A stretch of 64,000 bases of DNA from an uncultured delta proteobacterium (GCA_963842085.1 CAWJET010000002.1:1600001-1664000), one strand, 5' to 3'; shown: positions 22,005 through 31,861, numbered from the stretch's first letter. Notes: a model not told the origin generated them from the sequence alone. Numbers and translations: made by a program.

Positions 22005-22368
22005 CGTGACCTCCATGCCTGCCCGTTATTTTGCGGGAGAGGCGATTAGCTGATAGCGAACGATCTGGCGATGCGCCCGGCGTCTTGTGAAGACCGGCGC
22101 AACAGTCCTCGGTCATGAACTGGATCAACTTGGCGGCTTGCGGCCAATTGACTGCGTAATAGATGAATCGTCCCGCGCGCTGCGCCGTCAGCAGCCCGCA
22201 TCTGGTCAATGCGTCCAGGTGATGAGACAGCGTCGAGCCCGGCATCTTGACCCGGCGCTTGATCTCCTCCACGCAGGTTCCTTGCGGCCCGGCGCGCACC
22301 AGCAGACGGAAGATCTCGAGCCGGCCAGATTGCCCCAGAGCGCTGAATTGTTCGACGTATCGATTCAC
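21997..22368 (-). CDS. arsR: ArsR/SmtB repressor with C-terminal vicinal Cys pair
   Basis: ALGQSGRLEIFRLLV, STLSHHL..L..CGL, TEDCC (AfArsR-type site). Confidence 0.9.
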   Translation of the reverse strand: MNRYVEQFSALGQSGRLEIFRLLVRAGPQGTCVEEIKRRVKMPGSTLSHHLDALTRCGLLTAQRAGRFIYYAVNWPQAAKLIQFMTEDCCAGLHKTPGASPDRSLSANRLSRKITGRHGGHDE

Positions 22369-22374
22369 TACGAC

Positions 22375-22400
22375 TTTTCTAGTATCATCGAAATGATAAA
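22375..22400 (-). promoter_or_regulatory. Putative ArsR operator
   Basis: Imperfect palindrome TTTCGATGATACTAGAAA just upstream of the arsR start. Confidence 0.45.
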
Positions 22401-22520
22401 TAAGCAAGCGCTGTAAGCGCCGGAGAGAAAATCCCTCAGTGAAGCGGCCGGACAGGCTGGCCGCGCCGGAGTAAAACTCCAGCACGAGATAGCCCTTCAG
22501 CCTGGAGGGTTGAAGGCCAC

Positions 22521-22982
22521 TCAGTCCCTACTCCGCCAAGGCCACAAACGAGGTCGAACCGCCGAAGATTCCGCCGTAGAAGAGCCGAACCGAATCGGTT
22601 CGCGAGATTCCCAACTCCTCGAGATGCCGACCGACTCCGCGAACATCCCGCTTTGCTCATAGAGCGGCTCGGTCCAGCTCAGCACCGGCAGCCACAGCGT
22701 GTCGGCGATCTTTACCCCGACGCCCATCCTTGCCAACAACCCCTTCCAATGATCGCCGTAGAGAGTCTCCGCATCGATCGCTGTCTGGCCCAACAGCCTG
22801 GCCTCTTCGCGGCCCATCTCCTCGTACGAACCATAGAGGTACAGCACTATCAGGCCGCCTCGATCCTCACGGCGAGGCACTCTGTTGGAGGCGTGTTGGG
22901 CCGGGCCCAGATGGCAGCCGACCAAAAGCAGCCAAGCGATTGAAACGATCCTGCGAAGACCTGAAAGCTGATTAACGGTCAT
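22521..22982 (-). pseudogene. Truncated exported protein, possibly a C45 peptidase N-terminus
   Basis: Lipobox-like LLVGC; LYGSYEEMG..A.LL; frame degenerates before the ars promoter. Confidence 0.35.
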
Positions 22983-23027
22983 AGGTCTTGCAGCGGGATC
23001 CCGGTTCCCCGATCTGACCCGTACCGC

Positions 23028-23468
23028 TCAAGGCTTTCGCCGTCGGAAGACCAGGACCGAGCACGGCGCGGCGCGCACCAGCTTCTCGGCCACGCTTCCG
23101 ATCATTAGATGCTCGATGCCGGTCCGCCCGTGGGTTGCGAGCAATATCAGATCGATCTGTTGCTCCTTCGCATATTCGATCAGCTTCGGGACCGGCGGTC
23201 CGACCATCACTTGAGTGAAGACCTTGGCGGAATTTCCGCAATCGTCTTTCCTGATGCGCGCGAGTTCCTCTTCGGCCTCTTCCACCATCAGGGTCTCGCG
23301 CGCCTGCTCGCGCATTTTGTCGAATAACGCGAAATGAGGCGCGACTACATGCACGATGTGCAGCTCACCGTCGAGGTCCTTTGCCAGTTCCATCCCACCG
23401 CGTAACGCTTCCATCGAGTATTCCGAAAAGTCGATCGGAGCCAGGATTTTCTTCACATTTCGAATCAT
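23028..23468 (-). CDS. Universal stress protein
   Basis: KILAPIDFS, DLILLATHGRTG...GSVAEKLVR.APCSVL. Confidence 0.93.
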   Translation of the reverse strand: MIRNVKKILAPIDFSEYSMEALRGGMELAKDLDGELHIVHVVAPHFALFDKMREQARETLMVEEAEEELARIRKDDCGNSAKVFTQVMVGPPVPKLIEYAKEQQIDLILLATHGRTGIEHLMIGSVAEKLVRAAPCSVLVFRRRKP

Positions 23469-23619
23469 AAAGGCCTCCGAGAATTCGGCGCGGTGGCGAA
23501 GAAACCTTCGTCCCGGAAAAGGCGAAGCCGCTCAGGTCCGGGCGGCATTGGTTCAAGAAATGTGGTGCTTATCGTTAGGTCCTTTCCATTAGAATCCTCA
23601 TGCCGCTTTTTCCGAAACC

Positions 23620-23706
23620 ACGCCGCACCTCTACTTTGACGGCGCCAGTGGCGACCAACTGCTTGATCTTGTGAGCGGCGCCCTCCGAAAGTGAGATCAC
23701 AGCCAC
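23620..23706 (-). pseudogene. iscA: IscA/HesB N-terminal fragment
   Basis: VISLSEGAAHKIKQL directly downstream of iscU, with AGGAG RBS; truncated. Confidence 0.55.
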
Positions 23707-23712
23707 GAACTC

Positions 23713-24134
23713 CTATGCCTCCTTCTTGGGCGGTTGCTCTTGCGAAACGGGCTCATCTCCCTTACGCCTGCGCCAGTCGGTGATCGCAGCCTTGATCGCG
23801 TCTTCGGCCAGCACGGAGCAGTGAATCTTGACGGGCGGCAGGTTCAGCTCCTTGACAATGACCGTGTTCATGATCGCCATCGGCTCGTCGATATGCTTAC
23901 CCCTGACCAGTTCGGTGACGTAGCTCGAACTTGCGATCGCGCTTCCGCACCCGAAGGTCTTGAACCGCGCGTCCTCGATCACGCCGGTCTCGCTAATCTT
24001 CAGCTGCAGTTTCATCACGTCGCCGCACTCGGGAGCGCCGAAGGCCGGTGCCGACGCCCGGCTCGTCCTTCGCAAAGCTGCCGACGTTGCGCGGATTGTT
24101 TGTAGTGCTCGATAACCTTATCTGAGTAGGCCAT
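23713..24134 (-). pseudogene. iscU: Fe-S scaffold IscU, frameshifted near the 5' end
   Basis: MAYSDKVIEHY start is out of frame with GAPECGDVMKLQ, FKTFGCGSAIASS, LPPVKIHCS. Confidence 0.88.
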
Positions 24135-24239
24135 GATTTTTCTCGGACTGCAAATTACCTGTCACGAAACGGCCCAGGTGGCTCCATCGGATGCATCCGG
24201 ATCCGTGAGCGAAGGCGAATATCGTTCATCGCCAAACGG

Positions 24240-24593
24240 CTATCTCACCCGCGTGGCTCGGGCGCCTCGACTTCTCGGAGCGACGCCCTTCAGTACGTCG
24301 TCAATCCACGTAAGCCCGGCCATCATCCGTGGGAATCCGACCGTGGTCAGGCCCAGAAGTGCGACTTGGCGGATCTCTTCGCGTGTAGCGCCAGCTTCCA
24401 ATGCACGTCGCGCGTGAGAATGGACCGCGCCCTCTTGGGAAGAGGCGACCGCCATACCCAGTTTGATCAACTGAACCAATTTTTCATCGAGTGGGCCATC
24501 CTCAGCAGTCAGTCGCCCGATCGCATCGTAAGCCTGGCTAATCTTTGGGAACTCCTCCTTGAACTGCTGATACCTTCCCGGTAGCTTTTTCAC
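24240..24593 (-). CDS. Carboxymuconolactone decarboxylase/AhpD-family protein
   Basis: GPLDEK..QLIKLG, GAVHSHARRALEAGAT.EEI. Confidence 0.85.
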   Translation of the reverse strand: MKKLPGRYQQFKEEFPKISQAYDAIGRLTAEDGPLDEKLVQLIKLGMAVASSQEGAVHSHARRALEAGATREEIRQVALLGLTTVGFPRMMAGLTWIDDVLKGVAPRSRGARATRVR

Positions 24594-24700
24594 CTTCGAG
24601 ACACCTCCAAAGAACCGTTCCTGAAGTCCTTCATCCGCGGCCTAGCCGATGAACGGCAGAGCCAGAATAGGCAAGCGATGCCGACCTCGCGGTCGAAGCG

Positions 24701-24716
24701 TGCATACTACGTGCCA
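24701..24716 (-). promoter_or_regulatory. Putative sigma54 promoter (toward CMD-iscU)
   Basis: TGGCACGTAGTATGCA on the minus strand (GG-N10-GC). Confidence 0.6.
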
Positions 24717-24857
24717 CGACTCACGACGTGCAGATAGAGCTTTATCTCCTAAACATGGTGCCGATCGCTCCACTGGCTGCCACTATTAGTGACAGTGTCG
24801 GTGCAAACAAGAGCCGTTCAACTCGAAAACTCGATTGTCGACGGAAAGTTAATTTCG

Positions 24858-24873
24858 TGGCATGGCCGATGCA
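24858..24873 (+). promoter_or_regulatory. Putative sigma54 promoter of the molybdoenzyme operon
   Basis: TGGCATGGCCGATGCA (GG-N10-GC), 140 bp upstream of 25014. Confidence 0.6.
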
Positions 24874-25013
24874 TTTATCGCACAGACAATCGGAAGGACC
24901 GAGATTGACGACTAACACGAGCTGAGCCGCACTCCATCTAATCCGAACGAGCGAGCGGCCAAATAACGGCGTGCGAGGCAATTTGTCTTCGCGAAGGACC
25001 AAGGGGTAGTGCA

Positions 25014-26135
25014 ATGAGCCAACGGCAACTTGCGATGGTAATCAATCTCGACAAATGCATCGGGTGTCAGACTTGTACCGTGGCCTGCAGCACCCACCGC
25101 CTCAATCATCCCGGCACCGAAATGCTCCGCTACATATGGTGCGAAACCAAGCCCGGCGAAGGTTGGCCCAAGGGATGGATGGAGCTGGGGCGCAAGGTTC
25201 CGGATCGCGTGCGAGACTACGGTGGAACCTGGACCTTCAACTGGGAGGAGGTCTATACCTCGCCGGTCGGGACCAAGTACCTGCACCCAATCGTCAAAGA
25301 AACCGGCGAACCGGCGAAGTATGGGCCGATATGGGAAGAAGATCAGGGCGCCGGTGAGTGGCCCAATGGATACTTCTTCTATATGCCCCGGCTCTGCAAT
25401 CACTGCACGGATGCTCCTTGCATAGAAGTCTGTCAAGGCCACTTCGCACGAGGCGGCGGGCTGCCGACCGCCCAAGCGAACGGGCACAAGAACTCGATGC
25501 GCAAGCGCGAATCGGACGGGATCGTCATGATCGATCCGAGTTCGTGCGACGAGTGCGGGCTGTGTGCGGCTGCATGTCCCTACAAAATCCCGATGGAGAA
25601 CCTGCTGGCGGGCACCTACGAGATGTGCGACTTCTGCGCGGGCCGGGTGGAAAACCAGTACGCTCCGGTATGTGCGAAGAGCTGCCCCGCGCGCGCGATG
25701 TACTTCGGTTACCTGGACGACAAGGAGAGCTACGTCTCCAAGCTCGTCAACGAATACAAAGTTGCCTTGCCGCTGCGTCCGGACTTCGACACGGGTCCGA
25801 ATGTCTACTACATACCTCCCTTCATCCGGCCAACAACTTTCGCAGCCGACAATAAGCCGACCGGTCAGGCCGATATTCCGACCGATCTGCTTCGTAAGTA
25901 CTTCGGACCGGGCGTTGATCAGGCGATGGCAACGCTCAAGGAGCATCGCGCACGCGCCGAGCGCGGAGAACATTCCGAATTGATGGATCTGCTCATCATT
26001 TACAAATGGTCGGACGCCTTCGCCCCGTTCAACGTCTTGGCTCCCGTTGAGCCGATCGAACAGGGTGTCGAGGCTAGTAGGGGAAGCCAGCCGATCGAGC
26101 AGGGTGTCGAGGCTAGTAAGGGGCACCGGTCATGA
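25014..26135 (+). CDS. Type II DMSO-reductase-family Fe-S beta subunit (NarH/EbdB-like)
   Basis: QLAMVINLDKCIGCQTCTVAC, GP.WEEDQG, FYMPRLCNHC, CDECGLCAAACPY, PL.PDF.TGPNVYYIPP. Confidence 0.92.
   Translation: MSQRQLAMVINLDKCIGCQTCTVACSTHRLNHPGTEMLRYIWCETKPGEGWPKGWMELGRKVPDRVRDYGGTWTFNWEEVYTSPVGTKYLHPIVKETGEPAKYGPIWEEDQGAGEWPNGYFFYMPRLCNHCTDAPCIEVCQGHFARGGGLPTAQANGHKNSMRKRESDGIVMIDPSSCDECGLCAAACPYKIPMENLLAGTYEMCDFCAGRVENQYAPVCAKSCPARAMYFGYLDDKESYVSKLVNEYKVALPLRPDFDTGPNVYYIPPFIRPTTFAADNKPTGQADIPTDLLRKYFGPGVDQAMATLKEHRARAERGEHSELMDLLIIYKWSDAFAPFNVLAPVEPIEQGVEASRGSQPIEQGVEASKGHRS
26050..26127 (+). repeat. 39-bp tandem duplication (PIEQGVEAS x2) at the beta-subunit C-terminus
   Basis: AGCCGATCGA.CAGGGTGTCGAGGCTAGTA at 26050 and 26089. 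Confidence 0.85.
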
Positions 26136-28987
26136 GCAAGCAGAAGGGTGAAGAAAATCCTGTGGCTCGGCAAGCAACCGCCGAAGCCCCCGAGAACTAC
26201 TGGCAGTGGGATAGGTGCCGATGGGGAACGCATCGCGTCAATTGCTATCCCGGCAGTTGTCCCTTCCGTGTCTATGCCAAGGACGGCCACGTGATTCGCG
26301 AGGAAATCTCGTGCACCTATCCCGAGTTCACCGACCCCGACTACAAGGTGCCTGACTACAATCCGCGTGGATGCCAGAAAGGCTACCAGCACTCGAAGGC
26401 GATGTATGGCCCCGATCGGCTGCTATACCCGATGAAGCGCGTAGGCGAGCGGGGCAGCGGTAAGTGGGAGCGAATCAGCTGGGATCAGGCCTGCGATGAA
26501 ATCGCCGGCAAGTTTGTCGATATCATCATAAAATATGGGCCGCATGCGATCTCCGACGACCATGGAACCAATGGCGCTGGCGTGTTGCGCGGCGGGGGCG
26601 AAGGCGCCTCGACCGGATTCGTGTCGCGCTTGGGCGGGGTCAGCTACGACCTCAATTTTCTCATCGGCGATTTCAACCCCGGTCAGTACCTGACCTTCGG
26701 CCAGTTTCAGCATGCTCCGGGAATCGAGACCTGGTTCCTGGCCGACACGATCATAGCTCTTTCAAATCCGGCTTATGGGAACATTCCCGACATCCACTAT
26801 ATTCTCGAGGCGCGCTACCGCGGCGCCAAGGTAGTTGCGATCGCGCCTGACAAGAATGCCACTGCGCAGTTCGCTGACATGTGGCTGCCAGTCAACTGGT
26901 CTGCCGACCCGGCGTTGTGGCTCGGCGTCTGCAATATCCTGATCGAAAAAGGATGGCTTGATATCGAGTTCATGAAGGAACAGACCGATCTCCCGGTGTT
27001 GGTCCGCATGGACAATCAGCAGTTCCTGCGCGGGTCCGACTTACGCGAGGGCGCGGATATGGAGCAGTTCTATGCAATCGACAGCGCCACCGGCAAGCCC
27101 GAGCAACTGCCCAAAGGCACGCTTGCGATGCCGTTCGACTATGCGCTTGAGGGCAACTGGAAAGTCACCCTGAAGGACAAGAAGCAGGTCGAGGTCACAA
27201 CGGTCTACGAGCTGCTCAAGAAGCGAGTCGCTGAATACACGCCGGAAAAGGTCCATGAGATCTCCGGGGTCCATCCCGATCAGCTCGCCCAATTGGCCGA
27301 ACTGGTCAAGCCACCGCGCAAGGTGTTCGTCTTTGTCAACTGGAACGCCGGCAAGCTTTACCACGGCGATCTTCTCGAGCGCTCTTACTGTTACATGCTC
27401 GCGCTCACTGGAAACGTCGGCAAGGCTGGCACAGGATCACGAGGATGGTCGGCCGGCGCTGAGTACATCGGCGGCGCCGCGGTCGTTGGCGGGATGCCCA
27501 ATGAGGTGCTCGAGACCGGCAACCCGCTGCTTCACGCCATGAATATGTCGCAGAAGATACAGGAGGACTATCGGACGCAGTTCAAAATGGACCCGACGAT
27601 GCCTCAGGCCGAGGCTGCTTTGGGTGCGCTCCGCGAAGGTCTCAGAGCGGGCGGCACACTCTCGCCGCCGGTTTGGCTCTGGTACCACCACGCCGGGTAC
27701 AAGGAGGTGTGGGACAAGTACCTCGACGACCCGAACGCGCCCAGGAAAATCAGCGAGTACGCGGAGGAAGCGCTTGCCAACGGCTGGCAGAAAGGATTCG
27801 TTCCCAACAAGGACGTCAGTCCAAAGGGGATGCTGGTATCCGGATCGAATCCGCTCCGCCGTCACCGCGGCGGCATGAACACCTACTTGCAGACTCTGTG
27901 GCCAAAGCTCGAATGCATCGTGGTACTTGATCCGCGCTGGAGCACCACCGGACTTTACGCCGACTACGTTCTGCCTGCCGCATCGTTCTACGAGTATGCC
28001 GACTCGAAGTACTCGACTCCGGCGACGCGCTTCAGCACTTTCACGGATCAGACCGTGCCTATGCTCGGCGAGTCCAGATCAGACCGCCAGATCACGCTCG
28101 CCCTGCTCAAACGCATCCAGGAGCAGTTCCTGAAGAGAGGCGTGGAAAAGTACAAGTCAGGTGACCGCGAGATCGTGGTCAAGGATCTCTACTGGCGCGC
28201 CACCTTTGGCGGACGCTACGGCGAAACTAACGAAGACGAGGAGGTGTTGGTAAACGACACCTTTAACGCGCTTGGACAGATGGGTTGGTTCGAGAGTCTC
28301 GACGGTGAGGAACTCACGATCGACAACCTGCGCAAGAACGGGAAAGCCTGGCTTACCGGCCGCCCCGCCTGGCACGCTACCGTGGTCCAGAACTCGGACA
28401 TGGTTTCAGGCAGTATTTTCTGGCCCTTCCGCGATCAGCTCGAGCAAAAGGTGCCATACGCAACTACGACGCGGCGCATGGAGCTATACCTCGATCATCC
28501 GTGGTTCATCGAGGCCGATGAACATCTTGTTCGCTACAAGCAGCCGCCCAACATCGGCGGCGCCCAGGGCTTGCGGCTTACCAGCGGACACCTGAGATGG
28601 AGCATTCACTCTAACTGGGTAGTGTCCTACGAGATGCTGAAGCTGCATCGCGGCGAGCCATTTGCTTTCATCAACGAAACCGTCGCGAAGAAAAAAGGCA
28701 TCGCGGATCATGACTACATCCGCGTTTACAATGACTACGGCTCCTTCATAACCAGGGCGAAGCTCAGTTCCTGCACGCGGCCTGACCAGCTAGTGATCTA
28801 CCACGCGTGGGAACCGTATCAGTATCCGAATTGGATGCCGTACGACGGCTTGCTGCCAGGCCCACCCAAGGGCCTGCACTTCGCGGGCGGCTATCGCCAT
28901 TTCGAATACACGCTGTGGAACTGGTCTCCTTCGCAGTCGGATCGGCAGACCAATATCGACTTCGAAAAGGCCGAACTTCAGAACTAG
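26132..28987 (+). CDS. Type II Mo-bisPGD oxidoreductase alpha subunit 1 (EbdA/S25dA/SerA-like)
   Basis: GTHRVNCYPGSC...DYNPRGCQKG FS0 motif; IGD candidate Mo-ligand Asp; GH.RWSIH; 951 aa; no Tat peptide. Confidence 0.92.
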   Translation: MSKQKGEENPVARQATAEAPENYWQWDRCRWGTHRVNCYPGSCPFRVYAKDGHVIREEISCTYPEFTDPDYKVPDYNPRGCQKGYQHSKAMYGPDRLLYPMKRVGERGSGKWERISWDQACDEIAGKFVDIIIKYGPHAISDDHGTNGAGVLRGGGEGASTGFVSRLGGVSYDLNFLIGDFNPGQYLTFGQFQHAPGIETWFLADTIIALSNPAYGNIPDIHYILEARYRGAKVVAIAPDKNATAQFADMWLPVNWSADPALWLGVCNILIEKGWLDIEFMKEQTDLPVLVRMDNQQFLRGSDLREGADMEQFYAIDSATGKPEQLPKGTLAMPFDYALEGNWKVTLKDKKQVEVTTVYELLKKRVAEYTPEKVHEISGVHPDQLAQLAELVKPPRKVFVFVNWNAGKLYHGDLLERSYCYMLALTGNVGKAGTGSRGWSAGAEYIGGAAVVGGMPNEVLETGNPLLHAMNMSQKIQEDYRTQFKMDPTMPQAEAALGALREGLRAGGTLSPPVWLWYHHAGYKEVWDKYLDDPNAPRKISEYAEEALANGWQKGFVPNKDVSPKGMLVSGSNPLRRHRGGMNTYLQTLWPKLECIVVLDPRWSTTGLYADYVLPAASFYEYADSKYSTPATRFSTFTDQTVPMLGESRSDRQITLALLKRIQEQFLKRGVEKYKSGDREIVVKDLYWRATFGGRYGETNEDEEVLVNDTFNALGQMGWFESLDGEELTIDNLRKNGKAWLTGRPAWHATVVQNSDMVSGSIFWPFRDQLEQKVPYATTTRRMELYLDHPWFIEADEHLVRYKQPPNIGGAQGLRLTSGHLRWSIHSNWVVSYEMLKLHRGEPFAFINETVAKKKGIADHDYIRVYNDYGSFITRAKLSSCTRPDQLVIYHAWEPYQYPNWMPYDGLLPGPPKGLHFAGGYRHFEYTLWNWSPSQSDRQTNIDFEKAELQN

Positions 28988-29005
28988 CGCCGGGAGGGCG
29001 GAAAA

Positions 29006-31861
29006 ATGGCAACCCAAGTGGACACGTCCGCCGTGCATCCCTCGCGACGAAACTCTGTGCAGGAGCAGCGCCAATATTTTGAATGGGATAGCTGCAAGTG
29101 GGGTACCCATCGGGTGAACTGCTACCCGGGAAGTTGCCCCTTCCGGGTCTACGTCAAGGACGAGAAGGTGGTGCGCGAAGAAATCTCGTGTACCTATCCG
29201 GAGTTCAACGATCCCGAGTCTAAGGTGCCCGACTACAATCCGCGCGGATGCCAGAAGGGCTATCAGCATTCGCGTGCGATGTACGGGCCGGACAGGATAT
29301 TGCATCCGATGAAGCGCGCGGGCGAGCGCGGCAGCGGAAAATGGGAACAGATTTCCTGGGAGCAGGCTTTCGAAGAAATCGGCGAGAAGATCGCTAATGT
29401 TATCCAGAAGTACGGACCCAAGGCGCTGGTTGACGACCACGCCGCCAACGGCATCGGAGTGTTTCGCGGCGCCGCCGAGGGCTCGACCACCGGCATGACT
29501 TCGTTACTCGGTGGAGTGAGCTTCGATCTCGACTTCGTGACCGGAGACTTCAAGGTCGGCCAGTGGCTGACTTTTGGGGAGATGCATCACGCGCCAGGCA
29601 TCGAGAACTGGTTCCTACCGGATACCATCATCCTGATGTCCAACCCGGTCTATGCGAACATTCCGGACGTCCATTACCTCCTGGAAGCCCGGTATCGCGG
29701 CGCCAAGATAATCGCCGTCGCACCGGACAAGAATCCTTCCGCCCAGTTCGCCGACATCTGGGTACCCATCGACTGGTCGGCGGATCCTGCGCTGTGGCTC
29801 GGGGTGGCAAAGATTCTGATCGACAACGGATGGATCGACACGGAGTTCGTCAAGGAACAGACCGATGCGCCAATCCTGGTTCGATCGGATGATGGCCGGT
29901 TCTTAAGAGACTCCGACTTGCGCGAGGTCGGAGACCCCGAGCAGTTCTATGCGATCGACAGCGCGAACGCGCAGCTGGTGCAGATGCCCAAGGGCACGCT
30001 TGAAATGGCCGCCGACTATGCTCTCGACACGCGCACCGGTGTGCTCCTGAAAGACGGCACTAAGGTCGAGGTCCGAACCGTTTTCAATCTGCTCAAGGAG
30101 CGTCTGCTCGAGTACACGCCGGAGAAGGTCCACCAGATGTCGGGGGTTCACCCGGACATGCTCCACCAGATCGCCGATCTCTGCCGGCCGCCCCGGAAGA
30201 TTTTCGGCTATATCAACTTCATTACCGGCAAGCTCTATCACGGCGATCTGCTCGAGCGCTCCTATTGCTACATCCTTGCGCTGACCGGGAACGTCGGCAA
30301 ACCGGGTACCGGCACCCAGGGCTGGTCGCCGGGAACGGAGATCTCGGCCTCGATGGCGGCGGTCGCCGGGATGCCCAAGCAGGTGATCGAATCGGAGAAC
30401 CCGATCGCCGCGGCCGCGACCTTGTCCCAGCTGATGATGGAGGATTACAAGACGCGCCTTAAGATGGACCCCACGATGCCGCCGGTCGAGGCCGCTAACG
30501 GCGCGACGCATGAGGGCCTCAAGTCGTCGGGCACGCTCACGCCCGGGGTTTTTCTCTGGTATCGCCACGCCGGATACAAGGAAGTCTGGGACAAGCATCT
30601 GCACGATCCATATACCGACAAGAAGATCAGTGACTACGCCGAAGACGCAGTCGCCAGGGGCTGGTGGGACGGATTCGACCAGAAAGTCACGCCGCGCGCC
30701 ATGTTCGTATCAGGATCGAATCCGCTGCGCCGTCATCGCGGCGGCATGAATACCTATATAAAGACCCTATGGCCGAAGCTCGAAACGATCGTCGTATTCG
30801 ATCCGCGCTGGAGCACGACCGGTCTTTATGCGGACTATGTATTGCCGTCCGCGTCCTACTACGAATATGCGGACGTTAAGTATTCGACCCCCGACACACG
30901 GCTGCTATGCTTCACCGATCAGTCGGTGCAGCCGCTTGGCGAAAGCAGGTCGGATCGCCAGATTGCCCTCGGCGTGTTGAGCAGCATCGCGAAGCACCTG
31001 AAGGCCCGCGGCATCGAAAAGTACAAGGCGGGCGAAAACCGTGAGGTCATCGTCGACGACCTGTACTGGCGCGCGACCTACGGCAACCGCTATGGCGAGA
31101 CCAACGCGGACGAAGAGCGCATGGTCGATGACTGCCTCCATGCTCTTGGCGAACTGGGATGGCTCAGCAGCCTGGACGGTGAAGACGTTAACCTCGACAA
31201 CATGCGCAAGAACGGCAAAGCCTGGCTGAGCGGGCGCCCGCCCTGGCACGGTATGGTATGCCAGAGCTCGGATATGGTCCCGCGCCAGGTCCATGTGCCG
31301 ATGAGAGACCAGGTCGAAATGAAGGTCCCCTACGCGACTACCACGCGGCGCATCGAGCTCTACATCGATCACCCGTACTTCGTCGAGGCGGACGAGGCTT
31401 TGGTGCGGCATAAGCGGCCGCCCGATATTGGCGGTCACCAGCCGCTGAGAATCACCGGTGGTCATGTCCGATGGAGCATTCACGCCAATTGGCATACTTC
31501 GCTCGAAATGATGAAGCTGCATCGGGGCGAGCCGTTCGCGTTCATCAATAATACTGCCGCGCGCAAAAAGGGCATCGAGGACCATGACTTCATTCGTGTA
31601 TACAACGACTACGGCGCATTTCTGGTGAGAGCGAAGCTGTCCGCCTGCGTGCGGCCGGATCAGTTGGTTATCTACCATGCCTGGGAGCCGTATCAGCATC
31701 CCAACGGCATGCCCGCCGACGGCCTGATGCCCGGCCCGCCCAAGGGGCTTCACTTTGCCGGCGGCTATCGGCATTTTGAGTACACGTTGTTTAGCTGGGC
31801 GCCGTCGCAGAACGACAGGCAGACCAATATCGACTACGAGAAGGCCGAGTTTCAAGGATAG
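29006..31861 (+). CDS. Type II Mo-bisPGD oxidoreductase alpha subunit 2 (paralog)
   Basis: Same motifs as alpha 1 (TGD at the ligand site); 951 aa; colinear with alpha 1. Confidence 0.92.
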   Translation: MATQVDTSAVHPSRRNSVQEQRQYFEWDSCKWGTHRVNCYPGSCPFRVYVKDEKVVREEISCTYPEFNDPESKVPDYNPRGCQKGYQHSRAMYGPDRILHPMKRAGERGSGKWEQISWEQAFEEIGEKIANVIQKYGPKALVDDHAANGIGVFRGAAEGSTTGMTSLLGGVSFDLDFVTGDFKVGQWLTFGEMHHAPGIENWFLPDTIILMSNPVYANIPDVHYLLEARYRGAKIIAVAPDKNPSAQFADIWVPIDWSADPALWLGVAKILIDNGWIDTEFVKEQTDAPILVRSDDGRFLRDSDLREVGDPEQFYAIDSANAQLVQMPKGTLEMAADYALDTRTGVLLKDGTKVEVRTVFNLLKERLLEYTPEKVHQMSGVHPDMLHQIADLCRPPRKIFGYINFITGKLYHGDLLERSYCYILALTGNVGKPGTGTQGWSPGTEISASMAAVAGMPKQVIESENPIAAAATLSQLMMEDYKTRLKMDPTMPPVEAANGATHEGLKSSGTLTPGVFLWYRHAGYKEVWDKHLHDPYTDKKISDYAEDAVARGWWDGFDQKVTPRAMFVSGSNPLRRHRGGMNTYIKTLWPKLETIVVFDPRWSTTGLYADYVLPSASYYEYADVKYSTPDTRLLCFTDQSVQPLGESRSDRQIALGVLSSIAKHLKARGIEKYKAGENREVIVDDLYWRATYGNRYGETNADEERMVDDCLHALGELGWLSSLDGEDVNLDNMRKNGKAWLSGRPPWHGMVCQSSDMVPRQVHVPMRDQVEMKVPYATTTRRIELYIDHPYFVEADEALVRHKRPPDIGGHQPLRITGGHVRWSIHANWHTSLEMMKLHRGEPFAFINNTAARKKGIEDHDFIRVYNDYGAFLVRAKLSACVRPDQLVIYHAWEPYQHPNGMPADGLMPGPPKGLHFAGGYRHFEYTLFSWAPSQNDRQTNIDYEKAEFQG

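Noticed and set aside
24912-26126. Long antisense ORFs (also 30905..31855 and 39078..40016)
   Set aside because: Shadow ORFs of GC-rich real genes, with no recognisable motifs
29006-29090. Tat signal in alpha 2 (SRRN)
   Set aside because: No FL consensus or hydrophobic region; the catalytic domain starts immediately
26132-31861. Respiratory nitrate reductase narGH or nitrite oxidoreductase
   Set aside because: The alpha subunits are 951 aa (NarG is ~1200+), narJ/narI are absent, and the motifs are closer to EbdA/S25dA
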